A program made the translations under genes and the position numbers. From the NCBI GenBank assembly GCA_965207455.1, contig CBDBMJ010000001.1:576001-640000 (forward strand): a stretch of 64,000 bases of DNA, written 5' to 3'. The notes beneath the pieces were generated by a model. It saw only the letters and a list, made by a program, of their open reading frames with translations. It did not search any database and had not been told where the DNA came from. This stretch comes from Bdellovibrionota bacterium. Its GTDB lineage: Bacteria > Bdellovibrionota > UBA1018 > CAIPTA01 > JAALKR01. Below, in pieces: positions 46,347 through 55,948 of this stretch (positions are counted from its first letter, which is position 1; each line of letters opens with the position of its first letter).

Positions 46347-47315
46347 ATGAATATTTTTATCACAGGTGGTACGGGTTTTTTAGGCGCCCATCTTGTGGAT
46401 GCGTTATTGGGCTTGGGCCATCGGGTGCGCATTGGACAACGGAACGTAGCGACACAATCAAACGCCAATTCCACTGAATACATACAGGCAGATATTCTCG
46501 ATAAAGACAGCCTAAGAGATGCTATGTCGGGGATAGACGCAGTCTTTCATGTGGCAGGTTTTGTCTCCTACGATCCAAGTAAGAACCAGCAGATGCATAA
46601 TGTAAATGTTTTGGGCACCAGAAATGTTGGAGAAATTGCCCTAGAACTGGGAGTAAAACGATTGGTGTATACCAGCTCTATTTCAGCCCTAGGAATTAAC
46701 ACAAACCCAAACATACAAATGAACGAAACCCATACTTTTAATGCTGAGTCTTCGGGCATGGCTTACTTCACTACAAAGTATGGAGCTGAGCAAGAACTGC
46801 ACCGCTTGAAATCCAAGGGCCTTGACTATGTGATCGTCAACCCTGGATCCATTTTAGGGCCTAAGGATAGTCGGAAAAAAAAGCAAGTCTATCCCGGTCT
46901 GATCCAAAGGCTCAACCCTCCATTCGCCATTCCGGGCGGAAACTCCTTTGTGGATATTGAGGATGCTGTTGCTGGACACCTATTGGCTTGGAAGAATGGG
47001 CGCTGTGGAGAACGCTATATTTTGGGAGGAGAGAACCTTACCCTAAGGGAGCTTATTGATCGCACGAATCGTATTCTTGGTCGACGGGAAACTCGCTTTT
47101 GCCTTCCTCCATGGCTCATGCCTTTACTGGCCCAAGGCGTGCGACTCGCTCGCTGGATGGGAAAACCCATAACAGTTACGCCAGAATTGATTCGGAATAT
47201 GGCCTCTTGGTATCTTTTTGTGGACTCCTCTAAGGCCACACAAGAACTAGGCTACACACCCCACTCCATAGATGGTGCTATTACTCGCACTTTGGAGTGG
47301 TTACGGGAAGAATAG
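46347..47315 (+). CDS. NAD-dependent epimerase/dehydratase (extended SDR, HpnA/DFR-like)
   Basis: ITGGTGFLG, YFTTK and GERYILGGEN motifs. Confidence 0.9.
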   Translation: MNIFITGGTGFLGAHLVDALLGLGHRVRIGQRNVATQSNANSTEYIQADILDKDSLRDAMSGIDAVFHVAGFVSYDPSKNQQMHNVNVLGTRNVGEIALELGVKRLVYTSSISALGINTNPNIQMNETHTFNAESSGMAYFTTKYGAEQELHRLKSKGLDYVIVNPGSILGPKDSRKKKQVYPGLIQRLNPPFAIPGGNSFVDIEDAVAGHLLAWKNGRCGERYILGGENLTLRELIDRTNRILGRRETRFCLPPWLMPLLAQGVRLARWMGKPITVTPELIRNMASWYLFVDSSKATQELGYTPHSIDGAITRTLEWLREE

Positions 47316-47419
47316 TAGAAGAGTAGAGGAGGGTATGCGGGCAGTGTCATTTCCGGTGCTCTAAGGTAAGCGTAAGCCTCCCTATTTTAAACAAAGTAAG
47401 CCATATATTTCATGCAGTA

Positions 47420-49081
47420 GTGTATAAAATACGATATACCTTTTTCATGCTACGTTTTTCAGAATTTCCTCTTCACGCCTCTTTGTTAAAAAATATTGAA
47501 GCCATGGGATTTACTGAGGCTACAACGATACAGGAGGAGGTCATTCCCCATGCTTTGGCTGGGAAGGATGTTTCTGGTTTGTCTCGTACTGGAACGGGGA
47601 AGACTTGTGCTTTTCTGATTCCCGTTATTCAGCGTCTTTTGGATTTGCCTCCCCATGCTTGCGTTCTTTGTTTAACTCCCACGAGGGAGTTAGCCCTTCA
47701 GATTGAAAAGGAAGCAATAGAGTTGAGCAAGGGCATGAGCTTTCAGGTGGTTTCTTTGGTGGGGGGGATGCCGCTCAATCAGCAGGTGGAGCAGTTGCGT
47801 ACAGGTGCCCGTCTCATTGTTGGTACTCCAGGTAGAGTGATGGATCATATTCGTAGTCGAACCTTAGTTGCCAGTGATATTTCTATTCTTATTTTCGACG
47901 AGGCTGATCGTATGTTTGACATGGGCTTTATCGACGATATGAAATTTATTCTTCAAAAGGTCGACCCCAAACGACAGGTGCTTCTCTTCAGTGCCACCTT
48001 AAATTTTTCCGTTCTCAACCTTGCCTATGAGTTTCATGTGGACCCGGTGGAAATAAATATTTCCAAGGACGAGATTACAGCTGAGGGAATCCAGCAATGT
48101 ATTTATCATGTTGGAGAGAATGAAAAGCCAGTGGCTTTGGTTGTCCTTTGTAAGCAGGTGGAAAAGGGAGGCATTATTGTTTTCGTGAACTACCGGGAGA
48201 AGGTATTTGGGGTGGCAGATCTGCTCAATGCCAATGGTATTCGGGCAAAAGGGATATCCAGCCTATTGCGTCAAGACAGGCGAAATCAAATTTTAAAGTC
48301 CTTTCGTGAGGGGGAATTTCAAGCCTTAGTGGCTACCGATGTGGCATCCCGTGGCTTGGATATTGACGATGTGAGGTTGGTGGTTAACTATCACCTTCCA
48401 GAGGAGGCTGCCAGTTATGTTCATCGAATTGGGAGAACAGCTAGGGCAGGGAAATCTGGTTTAGCTACTTCCATTGCAAGCTCTGAGGATGTATACAATC
48501 AGATGAGGATAGAGGAGTTTTTAGGAAAAAAAATTCCCATGGGTCAATTAAATGAAGAGGAATTATCTATGACAGTGGAGAGACCCCGTGGTGGAGACAG
48601 ATCAGGTCGCAGTGCGCGCCCCAATAGAGGAGGAGGAGATTCTACTCGCAGTCGTTCTTCGAGTCGTGATAATCGGGATAGCCGCGATAGCCGCGATAGC
48701 CGCGATAGCCGCGATAGCCGGCCTTTGAGCCGTGACAATCGGGATAGTCGTGATAGCCGTGATAGTCGTGATAGCCGTGATAGTCGGTCTTCAAGTCGTG
48801 ACAATCGAGACAGTCGAGACAGTCGAGGCGAGGGGCGTCCTCCCCCTAGGCGTAGCAGAGATGGGAATTCGAGCACCTATAGGGGTAGGGGCAGGAATGT
48901 GGGTCCACGTAGTGAACGCCCAAAAACGAAGACAACTCGTCCATCTGATGTAATTACAGGTTCTCCCGTTATTTATTGCACCCTTACAGGAAAGCCTAAG
49001 GCTAATCCTGTAAATGCTCCTCAAAAAGAAGAAGGCAATATTTTAAAGAAATTTGTAAATTCCATATTTAGTAAAAAATAA
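47420..49081 (+). CDS. DEAD-box RNA helicase (RhlB/RhlE-like) with an RDS-repeat tail (start may be ATG 47447)
   Basis: TGTGKT, PTRELA, DEAD, SAT and HRIGRTARAG motifs. Confidence 0.95.
   Translation: MYKIRYTFFMLRFSEFPLHASLLKNIEAMGFTEATTIQEEVIPHALAGKDVSGLSRTGTGKTCAFLIPVIQRLLDLPPHACVLCLTPTRELALQIEKEAIELSKGMSFQVVSLVGGMPLNQQVEQLRTGARLIVGTPGRVMDHIRSRTLVASDISILIFDEADRMFDMGFIDDMKFILQKVDPKRQVLLFSATLNFSVLNLAYEFHVDPVEINISKDEITAEGIQQCIYHVGENEKPVALVVLCKQVEKGGIIVFVNYREKVFGVADLLNANGIRAKGISSLLRQDRRNQILKSFREGEFQALVATDVASRGLDIDDVRLVVNYHLPEEAASYVHRIGRTARAGKSGLATSIASSEDVYNQMRIEEFLGKKIPMGQLNEEELSMTVERPRGGDRSGRSARPNRGGGDSTRSRSSSRDNRDSRDSRDSRDSRDSRPLSRDNRDSRDSRDSRDSRDSRSSSRDNRDSRDSRGEGRPPPRRSRDGNSSTYRGRGRNVGPRSERPKTKTTRPSDVITGSPVIYCTLTGKPKANPVNAPQKEEGNILKKFVNSIFSKK
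48662..48826 (+). repeat. 9-bp coding minisatellite encoding (SRD)n in three blocks
   Basis: Perfect gatagccgc run, then gatag(t/c)cgt and gacagtcga variants. Each block starts SRDNRD. Confidence 0.93.
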
Positions 49082-49096
49082 GTTACTATAAAAGAG

Positions 49097-50767
49097 ATGC
49101 ACCAAGCGTCTGAACTACTTTTTATCTTATTTATACTGTCGGCCGCACTGTTGGCAGCCACCATTTTCCATAAGCTCAAGCAACCCACTCTTATTGGTTT
49201 TATTGTAGGAGGTATTTTTATTGGTCCCGGTGTTTTGGCTCTCGTTCCTTATAGCAAGGTGGAGATTTTAACTGAGATAGGTGTGGGTCTATTGATGTTT
49301 ACCATTGGTCTGGAGCTTTCGGTGCAAAAGCTCCTGCGGGTACGAACGGTGGCAATTTTGGGTGGCTGTATTCAAACCGCTTGTATTGTTATGGTTGTTT
49401 GGCTTTTGGGTAAGAGCTGGGGTTGGAGTAACGCGCAGTCCCTTACCGTTGGTTGCATTGTGGCCCTTTCGTCTACGGCTGTGGTATTACGTCTTTTGAC
49501 GGATCGTGGAGAGATTGGTTCCAGTCATGGAAATATTATAACAGGCACGCTTTTATTTCAGGACATTGTAGCCATTCCCATTTTGATGATTATTCCTCTC
49601 CTAGCCTCCCAGAAAACGATGAGTTGGGAGTTTCTCCTTCCCTTGCTTTTGAAGTTGCTGGTTTACGCTTTTTTATTATATGTGGTGGCTCGATTTTTCG
49701 TTTCTAAATTTCTAAGGGTCATTGCCCAAACCAATAGTAAGGAATTGTTTTCTATTGCTGTTTTATGTATTTGTTTGGGTGTGGCAGCCACGGCAGAGTT
49801 ATCTGGGCTGAACTTAGCGTTGGGTGCATTTTTAGCTGGGCTTATTATTAGTGAGGGTGATTTTAAAAATCAAGCTAAGTCGGAAATTCTTCCTTTAAAG
49901 GATACATTTAGTGCCATTTTTTTTGCTAGTCTTGGGATGCTTTTAAACCCATCCGTATTTCTCGATCATTGGTTTCTTTTGATTGTGGCTGTGCTTTTAG
50001 TTATAGGATTAAAAGCTACCGTTACTTTCGTTGTTGTATTTTTCTTTCGTTATCCTGTGAAAACAGCTTTAATGGTGGCGTTTGGAATTTCACAGATTGG
50101 AGAGTTTAGCTTTCTTATTTTAGTAACAGCTTTTCAGTCGAATATTATCGACTCTAATCTCTATCAACTACTTTTGGCCACAGCTTTAATGAGCATTGTT
50201 GCCACTCCTTATTTATTGAAATCGGCGCCTTGGTTGGCAAGAAAAATAGAGTTTTTAGAGAAGTTACAGTATTTTTCCAAAGAGATTGCTGTTAAAGAAA
50301 AGAAAAAAACGGACCATGTGATTGTTTGCGGGTATGGACCTACGGGTGTGATTGTGGCAAAGGAGTTACAGAGCACGGGAGTGGAAGTGGTATTTATCGA
50401 TCTCAACTATTCTGTGATAAAGAGTTTAAAAGCGAAAAATCATTGGGCAGTTTATGGGGATTGTTCTTCTCAAAAGGTATTGGATGCTGCCCATATTGAA
50501 GGAGCCGTTCTTTTGGTTCTAACTATTCCCGATCCCATTTCTATGCAGAATTCTGTTCTGAAGGTACGAGAGGCCTATCCTGATTTACCCATACTGGTTC
50601 GTGTGAAGTATGAGTCGGACAAGAAAAAATTGACTGCCTTGGGAGCTAGTGAAGTTGTTTGGGAGGAGTACGAAGCAGGTCATGAGCTTACGAAAAGAGC
50701 GCTTTCGAGGTTAAAGTTAGGAGAAGATGCAGTACGCGTCCATGATACTGCTTTATTATCCGAGTGA
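49097..50767 (+). CDS. CPA2 cation:proton antiporter with TrkA-N domain (KefB/KefC-like)
   Basis: LMFTIGLELS, ALSSTAVV, LLFQD, QIGEFSF and VIVCGYGPTG motifs. Confidence 0.93.
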   Translation: MHQASELLFILFILSAALLAATIFHKLKQPTLIGFIVGGIFIGPGVLALVPYSKVEILTEIGVGLLMFTIGLELSVQKLLRVRTVAILGGCIQTACIVMVVWLLGKSWGWSNAQSLTVGCIVALSSTAVVLRLLTDRGEIGSSHGNIITGTLLFQDIVAIPILMIIPLLASQKTMSWEFLLPLLLKLLVYAFLLYVVARFFVSKFLRVIAQTNSKELFSIAVLCICLGVAATAELSGLNLALGAFLAGLIISEGDFKNQAKSEILPLKDTFSAIFFASLGMLLNPSVFLDHWFLLIVAVLLVIGLKATVTFVVVFFFRYPVKTALMVAFGISQIGEFSFLILVTAFQSNIIDSNLYQLLLATALMSIVATPYLLKSAPWLARKIEFLEKLQYFSKEIAVKEKKKTDHVIVCGYGPTGVIVAKELQSTGVEVVFIDLNYSVIKSLKAKNHWAVYGDCSSQKVLDAAHIEGAVLLVLTIPDPISMQNSVLKVREAYPDLPILVRVKYESDKKKLTALGASEVVWEEYEAGHELTKRALSRLKLGEDAVRVHDTALLSE

Positions 50768-50952
50768 ATGGAAGCCTATAAATCACAGGTTCTGGCGTCC
50801 CTATCGTCAAAGCCAATAATAATTCCTGGATTGCCGCAGATTAAAGTAAATTGATCGTCTTCGATTGATTCAATACTTGCAAATATTAATATTTTTTGAT
50901 GATAATTGTATTCACTTACCTGCATGGAATCGAGTTATCAACAAGCTGCAAT

Positions 50953-51627
50953 CTACTTAATAAAATGCTCATAGGCAGCTTCATTAATCCTGGCAAAATA
51001 TTCATTTTTCTTTCGCTCCCTTCTTTTGGGACGAGTATGAAGAGAAAAAATATTATGCTTCATTGTAATCAAGCCAATATTCCATTGCTTGAAGGCATGA
51101 AGATTTCTTAGTGCTGGGGCTGCTCTATCCCCATCTAAAAGAACAAATGAGAAGTCTGAAAATTTTTGGTATCTCCTTGCCTGCTGTAGCGCTCTATCCC
51201 AGTTCTTGAGTTTTGCTTCAATAGAAATTACAGCGTCAGTGATTGGTTGGTATTCATTAACTACTCGGTAGCGATAAGCACCTGTATTGATAATAAATCC
51301 AGCATTTTTGTATTCCTTGATTCTGGCAAGAGCAGTCTTTCTGGAAAGGTCGTATGCACAAGAAAAATCAGATAGCGTAAAATTATGATTCTTTGTAAAA
51401 GACAATAAAGGAGCAAGCCAATTTAGGTTTATAGTGCGTCTCTGTGATCGTTTAGATAGATAAGGACGGTATGTTCCTAGAACAATATCTGCAACGCCAA
51501 AATAGCTATCAAATTCTTGGATAAGAAAATGACGAGAAACTGATTTATCCAGAAATTTTGAAAGAAACAATTTTGACTTAGATGCAAATGCAGAAACAAG
51601 CTCCTTTTCCTGATTAAACAATCTCAT
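50953..51627 (-). CDS. PD-(D/E)xK nuclease-like protein with an inserted winged-helix segment
   Basis: E...GVADIV ... ISIEAKLKNWDRALQQARRY ... IGLI. A helix-turn-helix-wing-like segment lies between the D and ExK motifs. Confidence 0.7.
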   Translation of the reverse strand: MRLFNQEKELVSAFASKSKLFLSKFLDKSVSRHFLIQEFDSYFGVADIVLGTYRPYLSKRSQRRTINLNWLAPLLSFTKNHNFTLSDFSCAYDLSRKTALARIKEYKNAGFIINTGAYRYRVVNEYQPITDAVISIEAKLKNWDRALQQARRYQKFSDFSFVLLDGDRAAPALRNLHAFKQWNIGLITMKHNIFSLHTRPKRRERKKNEYFARINEAAYEHFIK

Positions 51628-51637
51628 AACCTCCCTT

Positions 51638-51844
51638 TTACTTCTTAAAAAATTTTATTGGAAGAACTTTCTTGATCATGGCCTCAATTGTAGTTGACTC
51701 CTTGTGATTGTGTTTTTTGCACCAAGCCGAAAGTGCTTGCTTGGTGCTTTGAGAAAGAGTGAAATTGTATCTCATCTTCCTGTCCTGAGGCTTTTTGAGT
51801 TCTTCTAAGACTTGTTCTTCACAGGATTTCATCTTTTTATACAC
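51638..51844 (-). CDS. Small ribbon-helix-helix-like DNA-binding protein
   Basis: RYNFTLS strand followed by two helices (KQALSAWCKK; ESTTIEAMIKK). An ataagtat direct repeat lies just upstream (51852-51868). Confidence 0.6.
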   Translation of the reverse strand: MYKKMKSCEEQVLEELKKPQDRKMRYNFTLSQSTKQALSAWCKKHNHKESTTIEAMIKKVLPIKFFKK

Positions 51845-51964
51845 ACTTTATATAAGTATAATAAGTATGTATTAAATGGTCAAGAAAAAGTTGAGCAAGA
51901 GATAGGTAGTTTCCTGATAAAAAGAAACCTTGATTCCTCACTCAAGCCGTACTAAAAGATTTCC

Positions 51965-52312
51965 ATGGACACAAAGCTAGAGAGATTTGAAAACCGTACG
52001 CAGCATAGGAGATATAAGGTTGATTTTCACTGCCCAGAGTTTACTTGCCTTTGTCCTAAATCTGGCTTTCCCGACTTTGCCAATATTCATATTTGCTATG
52101 TGCCCGACAAATGGTGCGTGGAATTGAAAAGCTTAAAGTTATACATTAACTCCTATCGAGATCAGGGCATTTTTCATGAAGATGTTACCAACCTTATTAT
52201 GAACGATCTTATCGCTCTTCTTGATCCTTGGAAGATAGAGGTTACGGGGGATTTCAATGTTCGAGGAAATATTAAAACGATAGTGAGTGCGGAGCACATA
52301 AAAGAAGAGTAG
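51965..52312 (+). CDS. queF: PreQ0 reductase (unimodular QueF)
   Basis: [24 protein letters not shown] and FHE motifs. Confidence 0.96.
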   Translation: MDTKLERFENRTQHRRYKVDFHCPEFTCLCPKSGFPDFANIHICYVPDKWCVELKSLKLYINSYRDQGIFHEDVTNLIMNDLIALLDPWKIEVTGDFNVRGNIKTIVSAEHIKEE

Positions 52313-52357
52313 CTTTTGTTCTCAAGGCGAGGATGACCTTGGCAGAAATGAAATCGC

Positions 52358-52699
52358 TTATGGATTAAATATACATTTTCCATGAAATGAATGAAAGAAA
52401 CTCATGGGAATAGACCTTTGACATTTGTAACTCTTATTCCCAACATGCGTGAAATTTTTTTCGAGGTATTTCCCCGGACATAAAATAATTCCTTCTACCT
52501 TATTTGTTCTTTGATCTGTTAATGCAATTAAATAGCGTATTTCTTTTGTTGTAAAACCGGGGCAGTCAGGGATCTCAACTTCAAATTCTGGAGTATATTT
52601 ACCTAGATCAACTGTGGAAGAGTCCTGTAATTTTATTTCTAAAGCTTGATGGCGAATTTGATAAAAAATTAGTGGCTTTTTACATTGAACGCTTCCCAA
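52358..52699 (-). pseudogene. C-terminal fragment of a type II restriction endonuclease
   Basis: IRHQALEIKLQDSSTVDLG (ExK motif) ... IRYLIAL ... KCQRSIPMSFF. No N-terminal half and no credible start. Confidence 0.55.
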
Positions 52700-53010
52700 A
52701 CCAACCCATTGATTTGTGATTCAAGGTTGGCAGTATCCTTACCATCCTTTGTTCTTTGATAGCCTCTTTTAGCTAATGTGATGATTTTCTTTGAATTAGT
52801 CTTGTTGGGGTCGGGAATGGGAAATTGCTCAACGTATTGGCTCATAAAGCGGCAGCGACCAGAGTACAACCTATTGTTAAACTTATATTCATAAAATTTC
52901 ATTATAAAGTCTGAATTTGCAGTGGCCAATGCAAGCCATAAGATATCATCAGAGTTTTTGCTATCATTCGTAAACCAATAGCAATCACCAAGGGAATAGG
53001 ACGGACGCAT
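52669..53010 (-). pseudogene. C-terminal (target-recognition) fragment of an N6-adenine methyltransferase
   Basis: GDCYW...LWLALATANS...FNNRLYSGRCRFMSQYVEQFPIP...INGLVWEAF resembles TaqI-like C-terminal domains. Catalytic motifs are absent. Confidence 0.62.
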
Positions 53011-53048
53011 TGCGCTATTCGTGGGCGATTGTGTTGAGTGAAGGCTAT

Positions 53049-53552
53049 CTATTTAACATCCCAAACGGGTTCTTTCCCTTGGTGGACCCATTGCACTCGT
53101 CCCTGCTTGTCCGCATATACAGAAATCCATTCCTTGGTTTTATTGTTTATAAATTGGGAGTCCAGTTGACTTAAGACACTGGCACTAGGGTCTGTGAGTA
53201 TTGTTCCTGAGAACCCGGTCAATCTTTTTACGTTCATAGTGAAAATAACATTCTTTCGAGAGATTAATACAATGTTCTTCAAGGTTTTCATTTTTTCAAT
53301 CATATTTTTAAAAGTAGTGGTGATATTTTTAGTAAGTAAATCGGGCATAAAATGAATGAAGATGCTTTTTGAGTTGGGGAATTGAAAGGCCCGGCTGTTG
53401 GAATCTAATAAAGTGAATTGGAGTTTTTTTTCTGTGTTGAGTAATTTGCTGTTGTTGGAGTACAGTAGGCCCAAGAAGGAGCTTCCAGCTAGGCCGAGTA
53501 GAAAGATTCCCAGAGGATAGTATTTTCGTTTTCCGTGAAAAAATTTAGCCAT
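53049..53552 (-). CDS. Membrane-anchored redoxin-like protein lacking Cys
   Basis: N-terminal TM, then FTLLDSNS...IFIHFMP...ILTDPS...ADKQGRV resembling an AhpC/TSA pattern. No cysteine. Confidence 0.5.
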   Translation of the reverse strand: MAKFFHGKRKYYPLGIFLLGLAGSSFLGLLYSNNSKLLNTEKKLQFTLLDSNSRAFQFPNSKSIFIHFMPDLLTKNITTTFKNMIEKMKTLKNIVLISRKNVIFTMNVKRLTGFSGTILTDPSASVLSQLDSQFINNKTKEWISVYADKQGRVQWVHQGKEPVWDVK

Positions 53553-54129
53553 GCATTTCTTTTCCCAGTGCCGCGGCTTGCTGTTGTAATTGTTCGTGGT
53601 CGTAATTTTTTAAAAAAGATTCTGCTACTCGTATGTGTTCTTCTTCTTCTTGAGCGATGCGCTTGAAAATCGCTCCCGATTGGGGATCCACTTCCATAAT
53701 AGCCTTCACCATGGATAGACCCATATCCATTCCTCTCGCCTCCGCTCGTACCATCAGGTATTGGAAAAATTCGGGGCTACCGGCGGAGCGGAACATGCGG
53801 ATGAGATAGTCGGAAACCTTGCGCTCCCCTAGGTTTATTTCCAACTTATGGGCATGGTCTAGGAGCAGTTGGGCGTGGCGAGCCTCTTGCTTCGCTAAAT
53901 CCAACCAGGTGGATCGCCACAGGGGGTCTGCCTGTGTAAAACGTTGGTAACCCCATAGGAAGCCTTGGTGTGCTTGAACTTCTGCAAAGGCTACGGCTCG
54001 GATACGGTCGCCAATTCCTTCGGGTATTTTCACCGATCGCATGCGGTGGGGGCGAGGATCTACCCAAAAAGGGTGCCATTTGTTTTCTTGTTGGATATCT
54101 GCTGCAAAATAATTCATAACAGCTTCCAT
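53545..54129 (-). CDS. Ferritin-like (DUF455-like) di-iron protein (start 54129 or 54117; ORF track extends to 54237)
   Basis: AFAEVQA...QEARH...AEARG...EEEEH, giving paired E/ExxH motifs. Confidence 0.75.
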   Translation of the reverse strand: MEAVMNYFAADIQQENKWHPFWVDPRPHRMRSVKIPEGIGDRIRAVAFAEVQAHQGFLWGYQRFTQADPLWRSTWLDLAKQEARHAQLLLDHAHKLEINLGERKVSDYLIRMFRSAGSPEFFQYLMVRAEARGMDMGLSMVKAIMEVDPQSGAIFKRIAQEEEEHIRVAESFLKNYDHEQLQQQAAALGKEMHG

Positions 54130-54150
54130 AATACGATATAATGGAATTCT

Positions 54151-54462
54151 ATGAAAGATAAAGATGATTGGCACAACATTGATATTTCCCCTGCCGAGAT
54201 AAAAAAAGAACGGGCTAAGGCGCGTACTTTGCGTCAATCCCAGTGGTGGAAGGCGACGTTAGGAAAAGGGATCTGTTATTATTGTGAAAAGAAATTTTCA
54301 CCACAGGAGTTGACCATGGATCATATTGTGCCCATTGCTCGTGGAGGCAAAAGCAAGAAAGGGAATATAGCCCCTTCTTGTAAAAAATGTAATACGGAGA
54401 AAAAGCTATCGACTCCCGCCGAACTCGCCCTAAAAAAAATGAAAGGAAATACGGGCGAGTAA
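54151..54462 (+). CDS. Small HNH endonuclease
   Basis: CYYC...MDHIVPIARGG...N...CKKCN. Confidence 0.9.
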   Translation: MKDKDDWHNIDISPAEIKKERAKARTLRQSQWWKATLGKGICYYCEKKFSPQELTMDHIVPIARGGKSKKGNIAPSCKKCNTEKKLSTPAELALKKMKGNTGE

Positions 54463-54489
54463 GGGAGAAGAACCATATAAACTATGGAT

Positions 54490-55746
54490 TTAAAAATATA
54501 ATTTCAAGTCTACGCGAGCATAGGAAACATCAGGAACATTTACTCCATTTAAGGTGCTATTGTACAATGCCTCTACTTCCATGGGAACGGGGAAATCTTT
54601 TTTGCGGAACATACTAAATGTGGAGAATCCTAAACCTACTTCTGCGCTGGTTGCAGTATGGTCCGTATTTTTGGCAAGAGCCTCATAGAAAAAACCGCTA
54701 GGACCAGTGAAACTGTCCTCTCCTTTTTCCTTATATTGATACGCTCCCCAGACTTTGAACATATTGCCTGGGATAAACGCTGTAGCTGCCACTTCTGTTT
54801 CTAGCAAAGCTCCTTGCTGTCTTTTTACGGACTGTACTTGATTAGCAGCAGGCACTAGGCTGGGAAGGATATCTGCAGAGCTTTTGGGTACAGCACGATT
54901 TTTCGTGTCTGAGAAGTTATACTCTCCATTAGCATAAGCGCTTAGGGTAAGAATACCATTCCACATAGTTACATCTTGGTATAGGGATAGGCCAACACTC
55001 CAAACGCCGTTTCCAGATCCTGAGTCGAAGGGATTTTCTAAACTCCCTGTGCTGCCTGTGGGAGCACGCATACCTAATTGTGCTGATGAGGTAACGCTTC
55101 CTGTGTTCACGAAAGCATATTTGCCTCCAAGTTCCAGGTCTCCAAATTCTGTTTTTGCAAAGCTGCTAGGTATGCTATAGCCGAGGTTTTCCAGTGAAAA
55201 ACCATTGTTAATATCGAGCTTGCCTATTTGATCTAAGGCACCCGCTAGTTCTGGATTAGGATTTTCACCCAGTCCTGCTCTAACGCGATTCGCATTATTT
55301 GTGAGCGTTCCATTGAGGTTAGAATTATAGGTTCGAGTGACTACAGGGACACGCACGCCTACGTTGAAATTTTTCATTAAGCCGTATTCGTATGCCAAGA
55401 CTACTGCATTTTGGTTCATTTTTATATCGTGTGTATAATTTAAATTCAATAGCTGACTTCCCATACCTGGGGATGTTGCGTTCAATCCCTTGACTAAGCC
55501 TGAAGCAGCTGGGTTGTTATGAAAAAGTTGTTTTGCATTTAGAGAGAAGTTTAAGGGACTTAGTTTTGACTTATTTCCGTTAGAGTTGAATTTTTGGTCT
55601 ATGGAATTAAGGCTTACACCTACCATACGGAATCGGCTGATTCCTTTGGGAAGAACTGTCGGTGTTTTCAAGGCATGGGCTATGGATGTGAGAAAAGTAG
55701 TGGAAAGCAGGATTGCCAGTAGATTGCTGGTGTTTTTTGATTTCAT
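54490..55746 (-). CDS. Probable outer-membrane beta-barrel/transporter (ORF open from 55890)
   Basis: Signal peptide from MKSK...IAHA, FGDLELGGKY...APTG motif, and C-terminal RVDLKLYF beta-signal. Confidence 0.65.
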   Translation of the reverse strand: MKSKNTSNLLAILLSTTFLTSIAHALKTPTVLPKGISRFRMVGVSLNSIDQKFNSNGNKSKLSPLNFSLNAKQLFHNNPAASGLVKGLNATSPGMGSQLLNLNYTHDIKMNQNAVVLAYEYGLMKNFNVGVRVPVVTRTYNSNLNGTLTNNANRVRAGLGENPNPELAGALDQIGKLDINNGFSLENLGYSIPSSFAKTEFGDLELGGKYAFVNTGSVTSSAQLGMRAPTGSTGSLENPFDSGSGNGVWSVGLSLYQDVTMWNGILTLSAYANGEYNFSDTKNRAVPKSSADILPSLVPAANQVQSVKRQQGALLETEVAATAFIPGNMFKVWGAYQYKEKGEDSFTGPSGFFYEALAKNTDHTATSAEVGLGFSTFSMFRKKDFPVPMEVEALYNSTLNGVNVPDVSYARVDLKLYF

Positions 55747-55948
55747 GTTTTTGTTGACTCCTTTTTTAGTTAAAATTAATTTCTTTCCTTCTGTATCAAT
55801 TCCATTACAACGCGTCAAGTCTTTATTTTGATTTTTATTGGGTATACCCTTTATATGATGTAAATTATTGTTTTTGAGAGTGAATTTCATTTATTGCGAC
55901 AAACTAAACCGACTATATTAGTCGAATAAAAAGAAGGGATTAAGAGTT

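Noticed and set aside
48544..48876. 110-aa minus-strand (LSR)n ORF
   Set aside because: Antisense shadow of the helicase SRD repeat.
51869..51964. preQ1 riboswitch upstream of queF
   Set aside because: I could not match the class I stem-loop plus A-rich tail consensus. Only a weak hairpin is present.
475..52312. folE + queF as a 7-deazaguanine DNA-modification (Dpd) cluster
   Set aside because: They are about 51 kb apart with no dpdA, queC, queD or queE. Ordinary folate/queuosine roles suffice.
54151..54462. Mobile homing endonuclease or Cas-type HNH
   Set aside because: Small stand-alone HNH among ordinary genes, with no intron, array or mobility context.
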